DNA of 20,000 nt from Nitrospinota bacterium (GCA_022562795.1 JADFOP010000006.1:55939-75938); one strand, 5' to 3'; shown: positions 8,290-16,001, numbered from the stretch's first letter. The notes: generated by a model from the sequence alone, not told the origin. Numbers and translations are program-made.

Positions 8290-9144
8290 GTGGTCGACCA
8301 CGAGGATAAATCCCGTGGAGTTACTGACGACTCCCTTGGAGCCTATCTTAAGAAAATAAGCAACATACCTATCCTTACCCGCGAGGAAGAGGTGGAGCTG
8401 GCCCGCCGCATTCAGGAGGGCGACGCAGAGGCGGAGCGGGAGCTGGTTCGCCACAACCTTAAATACGTGGTCAGCGTGGCCAACCGCTACAAGGGCTCAG
8501 GGTTGCCCCTGCTTGACCTCATCAACGAGGGCAACATCGGCCTCATGCAGGCCGCCAAGCGATTCGACCCCGACCGAGGCGTGAAGTTCATCACCTACGC
8601 CGTCTGGTGGATCCGGCAGGCGATTATGCACGCAATGGCCGATCAGTCCGGGACCGTGCGACTTCCGCTCAAGCAGGCTGGAATACTCTATAAGATCTCC
8701 GAGAAGCAAAGCGAGCTCCAAAAGCAGCTTGCCAGGGAGCCTTCGGCCGAGGAGATGGCCGAGGCCCTCGGCCTATCCCCCGAGGAGTTGGAATCCCTCC
8801 TGCGGGTCTATCGAACCCACCTGTCGCTCGATGCTCCGATCGGCGATTTTGAAGAAACCAGCCACATGGACCTCTTGGAGGCCAAAGATATACCCTCCGT
8901 GGAAGAGCAGATTCTCCAGAGCGCATTAGCCAGCGAAATAAACACCATGCTCGAAGAGTTGCCGCCTAGGGAGCAGAAAATACTTCGGATGCGGTTCGGG
9001 TTTGAAGGCAAGCCTCAGACGCTTGAGGAGGTCGGCCGCGAGCTCAATCTCTCGCGCGAGCGGATCCGTCAGATTGAGAAGAAAGCCAAGGGCCGTCTGA
9101 GGGCTCAATCAAAAAGCAAGGCGGTTCGCGACTACCTCAACTGA
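8290..9144 (+). CDS. RNA polymerase sigma70-family factor (RpoD/RpoS-like core, lacks region 1.1)
   Basis: Region 1.2 DSLGAYLKKI..PILTREEEVELA; region 2 DLINEGNIGLMQAAKRFDPDRGVKFITYAVWWIRQAI; region 4 TLEEVGRELNLSRERIRQIE; 284 aa. Confidence 0.93.
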   Translation: MVDHEDKSRGVTDDSLGAYLKKISNIPILTREEEVELARRIQEGDAEAERELVRHNLKYVVSVANRYKGSGLPLLDLINEGNIGLMQAAKRFDPDRGVKFITYAVWWIRQAIMHAMADQSGTVRLPLKQAGILYKISEKQSELQKQLAREPSAEEMAEALGLSPEELESLLRVYRTHLSLDAPIGDFEETSHMDLLEAKDIPSVEEQILQSALASEINTMLEELPPREQKILRMRFGFEGKPQTLEEVGRELNLSRERIRQIEKKAKGRLRAQSKSKAVRDYLN

Positions 9145-9166
9145 TCCGCCTTTCGTCATGGGGCTA

Positions 9167-9196
9167 TTGACACAGCCATTGCGCCTAAGCTATCTT
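9167..9196 (+). promoter_or_regulatory. Sigma70-type promoter upstream of pgsA-plsY
   Basis: TTGACA (9167-9172), 18 bp, TATCTT (9191-9196). Confidence 0.5.
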
Positions 9197-9274
9197 GCAA
9201 ATACCTTTCCGCAGCTCCCAGGGCACGGAATATGCCTGCGAGCCCCCTCCTGCCCCGGCGGCTGAGGCCGTGTC

Positions 9275-9868
9275 ATGCTTGCATACTTAAAAGAGAAAGC
9301 GCTAAGGCTTAACGGGTCGACGAACCTCAATCTGCCCAACAAGATAACGCTGGCCCGGATTTTCATCGTCCCCCTGATCGTCGTCTTTCTCATCCGCCCC
9401 TCTGGTTGGAGCAGCACAATCGCCGGAGCGCTCTTTATCATTGCCTCCCTGACCGACTGGCTCGACGGCCACCTGGCCCGGAGCCGAAACCAGGTGACCG
9501 ACCTCGGAAAAATGCTCGATCCCATCGCCGATAAGATTCTGGTGGCGGCAGGACTCATCCCGCTGGTCGCCCTCGGTCGGGTCCATGTATGGATGGCGGT
9601 CGTGCTTCTAGGCCGTGAATTCGCCGTCACGGGACTCCGGTTTATTAGTCTCTCGGAAGGTTATTCCATCCCCTCCAGCCGTCTGGGCAAATACAAGACC
9701 GTCCTGCAAGTCGTGGCCATAGCCATGCTAATACTCCACTATGAAGTCCTTTACTTTCAATTCTTTGGCATGTTGATCCTCTGGGCTGCCCTCATCGTCA
9801 GCGTGATTTCAGGGGCCGAATATTTCATCCATTACTGGAACTTCGAGGGTAGCAAGAAGGCCCCATGA
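9275..9868 (+). CDS. pgsA: CDP-diacylglycerol--glycerol-3-phosphate 3-phosphatidyltransferase
   Basis: NLPNKITLAR; CDP-alcohol phosphotransferase motif DWLDGHLAR...GKMLDPIADK; REFAVTGLR; GKYKT. Confidence 0.95.
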   Translation: MLAYLKEKALRLNGSTNLNLPNKITLARIFIVPLIVVFLIRPSGWSSTIAGALFIIASLTDWLDGHLARSRNQVTDLGKMLDPIADKILVAAGLIPLVALGRVHVWMAVVLLGREFAVTGLRFISLSEGYSIPSSRLGKYKTVLQVVAIAMLILHYEVLYFQFFGMLILWAALIVSVISGAEYFIHYWNFEGSKKAP

Positions 9869-9896
9869 GGGTAGCCGGGCGGCCTAGGAGGTCCTC

Positions 9897-10496
9897 ATGT
9901 TGACCGCCGTGCTCTGCGTGGTTCTGGGCTACCTCGCCGGCTCTGTCCCGTTTGGCTTGCTCATCGCCCGCTTTCGGCGATTCGACCTCAGGAGCGCCGG
10001 AAGCGGCAATATAGGGGCTGCGAATGTCTGGCGAGTTATGGGCTGGCGCGAAGGGGCGCTTACAATGGCCGGGGACTTCGCCAAAGGTCTCCTGCCCGTA
10101 CTTTTGGCCGTCCGCCTGACTGCCTCGCCAGCGGTGGCGGGCCTAACGGGCATAGCGGCCATAGTCGGCCACAGCTACCCGTGCTTCGCCGGGTTCCGAG
10201 GCGGCAAGGGAGTCGCTACAGGCATGGGCGCCTTTCTCGGGCTCCTGCCGCTCGCAACCCTCATGGCCTCGCTCACGTGGGCCGGATGCTTGGTGCTGTG
10301 GCGTTACATCTCGCTGAGCTCTATTATCGCCGCACTCTCCTTCCCCGTCTGGGCGGGCATGCTCCATGCACCTCCAAGTCTCATCGCCCTAAGCGCCCTG
10401 GGTGCAGTTATGGTGGTGTTGCGGCATAGGGACAACCTGAAGCGCCTACTGGACGGCCAGGAGCCCAAGACGACTTGGCCTCAGAGGCCAGCCTAG
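9897..10496 (+). CDS. plsY: Glycerol-3-phosphate acyltransferase PlsY
   Basis: GYLAGSVPFG, GSGNIGAANV, DFAKG, GHSYPCF.GFRGGKGVAT, RHRDNLKRL..GQE; SD AGGAGG. Confidence 0.96.
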   Translation: MLTAVLCVVLGYLAGSVPFGLLIARFRRFDLRSAGSGNIGAANVWRVMGWREGALTMAGDFAKGLLPVLLAVRLTASPAVAGLTGIAAIVGHSYPCFAGFRGGKGVATGMGAFLGLLPLATLMASLTWAGCLVLWRYISLSSIIAALSFPVWAGMLHAPPSLIALSALGAVMVVLRHRDNLKRLLDGQEPKTTWPQRPA

Positions 10497-10515
10497 GCTG
10501 ATGGACCCTCAGCCT
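10495..10515 (+). terminator. Hairpin immediately after the plsY stop (possible terminator or 3' stabiliser)
   Basis: AGGCTGA-N7-TCAGCCT inverted repeat; no U-tract directly adjacent. Confidence 0.3.
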
Positions 10516-10572
10516 GAATGATCGCATTCGCTCGTTTTTCGTCGCGGCGGCCTGTAATCCACGGATTTCCTC

Positions 10573-10601
10573 TTGACACGAGCCGGGTGCTCATTTAATT
10601 T
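10573..10601 (+). promoter_or_regulatory. Sigma70-type promoter of tRNA-Gly
   Basis: TTGACA (10573-10578), 17 bp, TAATTT (10596-10601) in an AT-rich patch 15 nt before the tRNA. Confidence 0.55.
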
Positions 10602-10616
10602 TAATACTGTTAGGAG

Positions 10617-10691
10617 GCGGGAATAGCTCAGGGGTAGAGCACCACCTTGCCAAGGTGGGGGTCGCGGGTTCAAATCCCGTTTCCCGCTCCA
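10617..10691 (+). tRNA. tRNA-Gly (anticodon GCC)
   Basis: Acceptor stem GCGGGAA/TTCCCGC, D-arm TAGCTCAGGGGTAGAGC, anticodon arm CACC-TTGCCAA-GGTG, T-loop GGTTCAAATCC, discriminator T and encoded CCA; 75 nt. Confidence 0.98.
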
Positions 10692-11005
10692 CTTTCATCG
10701 CTTAACTCCTTTTAGAAGGAGTGACCGGTCGGACGGTGACACCGGCGGTGCGTATGTGTCAACGGGCGTAGCGGAGTCCTTCTGGTCGGAGGCGGCCGTC
10801 ACCTTTCGAAGACACCAGCATCGACTTAGTCTCCTCCGGTGTTGCCGCCCTAATACTTTGTCCTTACCCCAACCCCAGCCGACTCTTTCTCTCGGGCACT
10901 CTCCGGGCTACGGTTTACGCTATCGTCTCTCGACAATGTGAGAGGCGCCTCACCTCACCCGAGCCGTACGGCCTTGCTCAGATAGCTGAAAGACTGTAGC
11001 CTTGA

Positions 11006-12076
11006 TTAAGGGGATGGGGAGCGGGGTTGGCCAATCGCACGGACGATAGTATCAGGAATGGTCCGCCGCGGGCCGAGCCCCAGCACTATGTGGGGGGGCG
11101 TATTTAGGACCTGGTCCACCACCTCGGCAATGGAGCGCCAATTGGGAGGGCACCCGTTGAGGGCCTTCTCAAGGGCGGCAATGGCTGGCCAATCGGCAAT
11201 GAACTCGCCCAGCAGGCAGACCCGGCCCAGACGCTCCTCGCTCTCCAGGGCGAGGGACACCTGGAAGCTACCGAGCTGGCTCGGCACTCGAACGGTACGG
11301 TCTAGAGACCCCGTCGGTGTGCGGTCTGCAAGCCAGGCCTCGCGAGCGAAGTTCTCAGCGAAAAGGGTTTCGGCTTCGGTCTCAAACTCCTCCGGAAGCG
11401 GTTCTATCGATACGGGAGCCTCAACATACTCGGCAAACCCCTCCTTCAGAGCATCCAGCACCTGCTCCAGCTTAGGCGTGGCGCCTAAGGCCTCGCTGAA
11501 AGTGGTGCATGCCTCGGGGGGAAGCAGATCATTTCGAGCATCGGTCCGCCCGCCGGCCTCTGAGAGTCGCGAGGCCGCCTCCGCCAGGGATGTTCTCCAG
11601 GCAAGGTGGAACTGGACGAGGGGTCGGCCCGCCTCGTCGATGTCGAAGGCCACGTGGCCCACCGCCCGCTTTTGGACCGTGATGAGGTCGCGGCCAGGAT
11701 AGAGCACGCCCAGGCGTAGCCGCTCCAGACCTCGGAGTACGCCCCGGACGTAGCGGTTGAGGAGAAGGTCGGAGCCGAGAGGACGCTGATGTATAGTTAG
11801 GTCCGTTAGCGTCGGCGCAGTCACGGAGACCTCGATGATACCTTGACCCACAGGCAAGAGCCGGCCGCCGGTTATTCGGCGCTGGACCTCCGGAAGGTGC
11901 CGGACGCTCTGGGGGATAGGTTGGTAGCGGCCGAAGAGCAACCCCTCGGTAGAGCCAACCGCCATCCGCACAAGGGCCGGCCTTTCCAGGGCACACCGGG
12001 CGCGGAGGGTCAGATCGAGCGCCTGGCTCTCGCCCGGCCCACGCGGGGTGGTCGCGTAAAGGTATAGGGGCGTCAT
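11006..12076 (-). CDS. Lipoate-protein ligase A family protein with C-terminal domain (atypical active site)
   Basis: LLFGRYQ, VQRRITGG, YPGRDLITV; C-terminal VCLLGEFIADWPAIAALEKALNG resembles the LplA C-terminal domain. Confidence 0.72.
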   Translation of the reverse strand: MTPLYLYATTPRGPGESQALDLTLRARCALERPALVRMAVGSTEGLLFGRYQPIPQSVRHLPEVQRRITGGRLLPVGQGIIEVSVTAPTLTDLTIHQRPLGSDLLLNRYVRGVLRGLERLRLGVLYPGRDLITVQKRAVGHVAFDIDEAGRPLVQFHLAWRTSLAEAASRLSEAGGRTDARNDLLPPEACTTFSEALGATPKLEQVLDALKEGFAEYVEAPVSIEPLPEEFETEAETLFAENFAREAWLADRTPTGSLDRTVRVPSQLGSFQVSLALESEERLGRVCLLGEFIADWPAIAALEKALNGCPPNWRSIAEVVDQVLNTPPHIVLGLGPRRTIPDTIVRAIGQPRSPSP

Positions 12077-12196
12077 AGTCTAGAATCTACCAGCCGTGAG
12101 GCCAATTGGCCAGACGGGGACTAAGTGGCTAAGGGCTGAGGGCTGATCCCCTCTCTAGTCTTGGCTTAGGCCGTAGCGATCATAAGGAGGAGAAAG

Positions 12197-12613
12197 GTGT
12201 CATACCTAAAAGAGAAGTGGCAGGCCAATATAGATAAGGTAGCCTTCGCAAAAGCCTTTCCCGGACGGCAGACTGAGTGGCAGGCCTCTGTCGGAAAGAC
12301 GGTGGAGGCGGTGATTCCCGTTCCGACCGACGAGGAGACCGTGGTTCTCAGCTTTACCGACGGCGACTTCATCATCGCCCCGAAGCTGAAGGACACGCCC
12401 AAGGAGATTCTCATCGCCCTTAAAGAGGCTAAACCCGCCCTCGAGCGCTTTCACGCCGAGGCCTACAAGAAGCTGGAGGAGCTGGTAGTCCGCGACCGCG
12501 AGCTGACCCGCAACGCCCGGATGGAGCGGATCGTAGACGCGGTCCGGAACAACATGGACAAGATGCCCGACCTCAAGGCGTCCCTGCTGAACCTCCTTAA
12601 GGAGGCGGACTAG
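12197..12613 (+). CDS. Hypothetical protein (138 aa, helical C-terminus)
   Basis: Strong SD AAGGAGG (12184-12190) before GTG, GC-rich third codon positions, normal globular composition; no motif recognised. Confidence 0.8.
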   Translation: MSYLKEKWQANIDKVAFAKAFPGRQTEWQASVGKTVEAVIPVPTDEETVVLSFTDGDFIIAPKLKDTPKEILIALKEAKPALERFHAEAYKKLEELVVRDRELTRNARMERIVDAVRNNMDKMPDLKASLLNLLKEAD

Positions 12614-12715
12614 GCGTAGCGGCGCCTCTGGCCGCCTCCTCCCAACCGCCTGCCTCTCTCCAGCTCTCCCCCCTCTCTTGCTTTAGCCGCATTAGTACGG
12701 AAAAAAACGATAATT

Positions 12716-12745
12716 GGAAATTCGTGGAAATTCGCGGAAATTTTG
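12716..12745. repeat. Three tandem 10-bp direct repeats
   Basis: GGAAATTCGT / GGAAATTCGC / GGAAATTTTG. Confidence 0.7.
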
Positions 12746-12784
12746 ACCATTATAAAGACCTCATAAGGGGAAAAACGAGCGGAG

Positions 12785-12840
12785 ACCATTAACAATGGTA
12801 AATTTGATAATATATATAATACAATATTATATATACAAAT
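12785..12840. repeat. AT-rich inverted repeats (candidate operator region)
   Basis: ACCATT-AAC-AATGGT (12785-12799); perfect TATATATAATA-CAA-TATTATATATA (12811-12835), flanked by ATTTG/CAAAT. Confidence 0.6.
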
Positions 12841-12976
12841 AGCTGAGAATATTATTTAAATTTAGGTTGGCGGTTTTGGAAGCCTACTACGGCCAGGGGT
12901 GGAGACGGAAAATATCGCTCCTCGAAGGCCAACTTTCTTATGACATCAGCCAGCCGCCAGCGCCTTTAGTTTTCAT

Positions 12977-13006
12977 TTGACAGCAGCCCCCTTGAAGACT
13001 TACAAT
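12977..13006 (+). promoter_or_regulatory. Sigma70-type promoter upstream of the ABC binding protein
   Basis: TTGACA (12977-12982), 18 bp, TACAAT (13001-13006). Confidence 0.6.
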
Positions 13007-13246
13007 AGATGGTCCGCGGCTATTGTCGCGGGCACCTCCCACCGAAGAGCACCAAATTGACGGTAGAACAGTCAGAATAGTAGGGGTATTCGGCAAGAAC
13101 GTCGTCCTGTCCCATCGGAAGGACGACAGAGGGGGGAAGGCGGAGGCGGCTCTCTCTTATCCCCGCAACGATTGCTTTGGTCGACCTTGAACGCCAGGTG
13201 GGCTCAAGGTCCAAAGCTTTACCCGGAACACGGAGGAGAATCAGCA

Positions 13247-14680
13247 ATGGACGAAAAAAGCAAGAAGAAAAATGGCATCGGCAGGCGGGACTTCCTAAGA
13301 ACCGTCGGCGCCGGGCTGGTGGTAGGAGCTGCCCCGGCGGTGATCATCCCCGGCAGGGCGTTGGCAAGGGAGAAGAGCCTGAAAATCCTTCAGTGGGCCC
13401 ACTTCGTGCCACGGTACGACAAAGAGTGGTTCGACGCCTTCGCCAAGAAGTGGGGGGAGGATAACGGGGTCAACGTCGTCGTGGACCACATCCACATTGG
13501 CCAGGTTGTGGCCCGTACAGCGGCGGAATTGGCCGCCCGCGGGGGCCACGACCTCATCGAGTGGTTCTTTCCTCCGTCTCAACACGAGCCAAGCGTGCTG
13601 GACATGACCGACGTCGTCCAAGAAGCCGAAGGGCGCTTCGGAAAACAGCACCCCCTCTGCAAGCGGAGCTCCTTCAACCCGACGACCGGGAAATACTACG
13701 GCTTCTGCCACGGATGGGTCATCGACCCTGGGGACTACCGAAAGAGCCTGTGGGAGAAGGTCGGCAAGCCAGAGGGCCCCGATACCTGGGAAGACCTGAT
13801 CACCTACGGCGGGAAAATCAAAAAGGATCACGGGGTGCAGCTCGGTATCGGCCTGTCTCAAGAGCTCGACTCGAACATGGCCGCCCGGGCGCTGCTCTGG
13901 TCTTACGACACCGGCGTCCAGGATGAGCAGGAGAACGTGGCTATCAATAACGAGCGGACCGTAAAGGCTGTGGAGTATATGGCCAGGCTGTATAAATCGT
14001 CGATGACCCCGGAGGTCTTCGCTTGGTCACCTGCGTCCAACAACCGGGCCCTCATCGCTGGCAAAGCCTCCTACATCATCAACTCGGTCTCCGCCTACCG
14101 CAGCGGCCAAAAGAAGAAGCCGGAGATTGCGAAGGACGTCTACTTCGTGCCACCGCTCAAGGGCCCGGAAGGGACGCGCTGGACGAGCGAGCACGTAATA
14201 TACAACTACATCATCCCGAATTACGCCTCGAAGAATGCCGACACGGCGAAGAAATTCCTCCTCGCCCTCGTTGAGAACTACGACCAGTCGATGTACTTCA
14301 GCGAGCTCTACAACTCCCCGGCCTTTTTCAACACCAAAGTGCCGTCCGGCGACCGCGGCTACCCCCGCGTCCAAGGGGCCAAGAACCTGCGGGACCTTAA
14401 CGATGCGTGGTTCTCAAAGGACCCATTCGCTCTGCCGGGCGAGGACACGGATAAACTTAAAGGACTGAAGGACGCGGAGAAGTGGAGCACAGCCGTCGGT
14501 CATCCGGGCCCGGCCAGCCCGGCCATCGGGGAGATTTTCGACACATCTGTTATCTCGAACATGATGGCCAACGGCGCCCGCGGTCTGAAGGCTGAGACGG
14601 CGGTTGCGCAGGCGGAGATCCTGATCAAGGCGATCTTCAAGAAGTGGCGCGCGAAGGGGCTCGTGGGCGGCACGATGTAA
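13247..14680 (+). CDS. Tat-exported extracellular solute-binding protein of a CUT1-family ABC transporter
   Basis: Twin-arginine signal GRRDFLR, hydrophobic core and ALA cleavage site; YRKSLWEKVG...PDTWEDL family-1 SBP motif; SD GGAGGAG places the start at ATG 13247. Confidence 0.9.
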   Translation: MDEKSKKKNGIGRRDFLRTVGAGLVVGAAPAVIIPGRALAREKSLKILQWAHFVPRYDKEWFDAFAKKWGEDNGVNVVVDHIHIGQVVARTAAELAARGGHDLIEWFFPPSQHEPSVLDMTDVVQEAEGRFGKQHPLCKRSSFNPTTGKYYGFCHGWVIDPGDYRKSLWEKVGKPEGPDTWEDLITYGGKIKKDHGVQLGIGLSQELDSNMAARALLWSYDTGVQDEQENVAINNERTVKAVEYMARLYKSSMTPEVFAWSPASNNRALIAGKASYIINSVSAYRSGQKKKPEIAKDVYFVPPLKGPEGTRWTSEHVIYNYIIPNYASKNADTAKKFLLALVENYDQSMYFSELYNSPAFFNTKVPSGDRGYPRVQGAKNLRDLNDAWFSKDPFALPGEDTDKLKGLKDAEKWSTAVGHPGPASPAIGEIFDTSVISNMMANGARGLKAETAVAQAEILIKAIFKKWRAKGLVGGTM

Positions 14681-14717
14681 AACGCGACTCCTCCGCTCAA
14701 CCGTGCCATGGTGATAG

Positions 14718-14762
14718 GGGGCTGGAGGCTCTATAAATTAAGGGCCTCCAGCCCCTGTTTAA
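14718..14762 (+). terminator. Long stem-loop after the SBP gene (terminator or mRNA stabiliser)
   Basis: 15-bp stem GGGGCTGGAGGCTCT / AGGGCCTCCAGCCCC (one G-U), 8-nt AT loop, followed by TGTTTAA. Confidence 0.65.
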
Positions 14763-14799
14763 TTGCCGAGAAGATTATCCCACTCAAGACGGTTAACTC

Positions 14800-14829
14800 C
14801 CCGCAGGCGGCGGCCTGCGGGTTTCTTTT
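14800..14829 (+). terminator. Rho-independent terminator
   Basis: 9-bp stem CCCGCAGGC / GCCTGCGGG, 4-nt loop, followed by TTTCTTTT. Confidence 0.75.
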
Positions 14830-14959
14830 GCCGCTCCTCCCTAGGCAAGCGAGGGTCTTTTTGTCTAGCTGCCCTCTATGGTATTATGAGCAATTTGAGT
14901 ACGCTTGGAGCCACTACCGAGCCCCTGGAATGCACTATCAACTAGCGGAGTAATAACTT

Positions 14960-15991
14960 ATGGCCACAGTGGAGGTTCGAGGAATCGTTAAACGGTTCGG
15001 CGATGTGACGGCCGTTGACGGCGTCGACCTGGCCACCAAGGAAGGCGAATTCCTCGTCCTGCTTGGGCCCTCGGGGTGTGGAAAAACGACCCTCTTGCGC
15101 ATGATCGCCGGGTTGGAAACTCCTACGGCCGGCGATATTCTCATTGGAGGAGAGGTCGTGACCGATTTATCTCCCCGGGCCCGCGGGATAGCCATGGTAT
15201 TCCAGAGCTACGCCCTTTACCCCCACATGACGGTCTTCAAGAACATCGTCTTTCCCCTCAAAGCCCAGAAGGTGCCCAAGGAGAAATGGACTGAGAAAGT
15301 GGAGTGGGCCGCCTCCATGTTCGGCATTGAAACCCTACTTCACCGCAAGCCCCGGGAGCTCTCCGGCGGCGAGCGGCAGCGGGTGGCCCTTGCCCGGGCC
15401 CTCGTTAGAGAGCCCAACGTCTTCTTGCTCGATGAGCCGCTCTCTAACCTAGATGCCCAGCTTCGGGCCTCCGCCCGGGAAGAGCTACAGCAACTTCAGC
15501 GCGACATCGGCACCACGACGATCTACGTGACCCACGACCAGGTGGAGGCAATGGGGCTGGGCGATAGGATCGCCGTGATGAACCACGGCAAAGTCCACCA
15601 GACCGGCACCCCACGGGAAATCTATCACGAGCCTGCCGACACCTTTGTGGCAGGGTTTTTGGGCACACCTCCGATGAACCTGCTTGATAAAGAGGACCGC
15701 ACCATCGGCTTCCGCCCCGAAAGCTTTCTCCCCCTCGAGGTGAGCGATGGTCACGATGATCTCGAAGAGTTCCAGTTCGAGGTCACCTTGGTCGAGCAAC
15801 TGGGAGCAGACCGGCTCGTTTATGGCAATGTAGGGCCCCGGTTCATCCATCGCCGCGTTGTGGCCAAGCTCCCTGCCAACGTCACCGTGCCGATCGAGTC
15901 CGGAGAAACCTACACATTCGCCGTGCTCCGGAATGACATAAAGTTCTTCGATGTGGTGACGGGCCTCAAAGCGAGTCCGATCCCCTTGTAA
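14960..15991 (+). CDS. CUT1 ABC transporter ATP-binding protein (MalK/UgpC-like)
   Basis: Walker A GPSGCGKTT, Q-loop VFQSYALYPHM, signature LSGGERQR, Walker B LLDEPLSNLD, YVTHDQ, C-terminal TOBE-like domain. Confidence 0.96.
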   Translation: MATVEVRGIVKRFGDVTAVDGVDLATKEGEFLVLLGPSGCGKTTLLRMIAGLETPTAGDILIGGEVVTDLSPRARGIAMVFQSYALYPHMTVFKNIVFPLKAQKVPKEKWTEKVEWAASMFGIETLLHRKPRELSGGERQRVALARALVREPNVFLLDEPLSNLDAQLRASAREELQQLQRDIGTTTIYVTHDQVEAMGLGDRIAVMNHGKVHQTGTPREIYHEPADTFVAGFLGTPPMNLLDKEDRTIGFRPESFLPLEVSDGHDDLEEFQFEVTLVEQLGADRLVYGNVGPRFIHRRVVAKLPANVTVPIESGETYTFAVLRNDIKFFDVVTGLKASPIPL

Positions 15992-16001
15992 GGGAGGGTT
16001 G

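Noticed and set aside
10617..10691. tRNA-Gly as the attachment site of an integrated element
   Set aside because: No integrase next to it and no duplicate of the tRNA 3' end seen in the window; the downstream genes have host-like composition.
10756..10941. 61-aa ORF downstream of tRNA-Gly
   Set aside because: No SD at a suitable distance and an atypical Ser/Pro/Leu-rich composition; RNA-like pairing explains the region better.
11058..11702. 214-aa plus-strand ORF
   Set aside because: Ser/Arg-rich antisense shadow of the ligase-like gene, typical of high-GC DNA.
12716..12745. CRISPR array or iterons
   Set aside because: Only three 10-bp units with no spacers, and no cas or rep gene in the window.
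12800..12865. dif site or oriC
   Set aside because: TTATTTAAAT only loosely resembles the XerD arm and there is no convincing XerC arm; no cluster of TTATCCACA DnaA boxes.
13186..13208. Second HAIR operator (CTTGA...TCAAG)
   Set aside because: Spacing is 2 bp longer than HAIR and the gene is not a chaperone; treated as part of the leader hairpin.
14768..14788. Perfect HAIR half-site ACTCAAG (14782-14788)
   Set aside because: No matching left arm at N7 spacing; likely chance.
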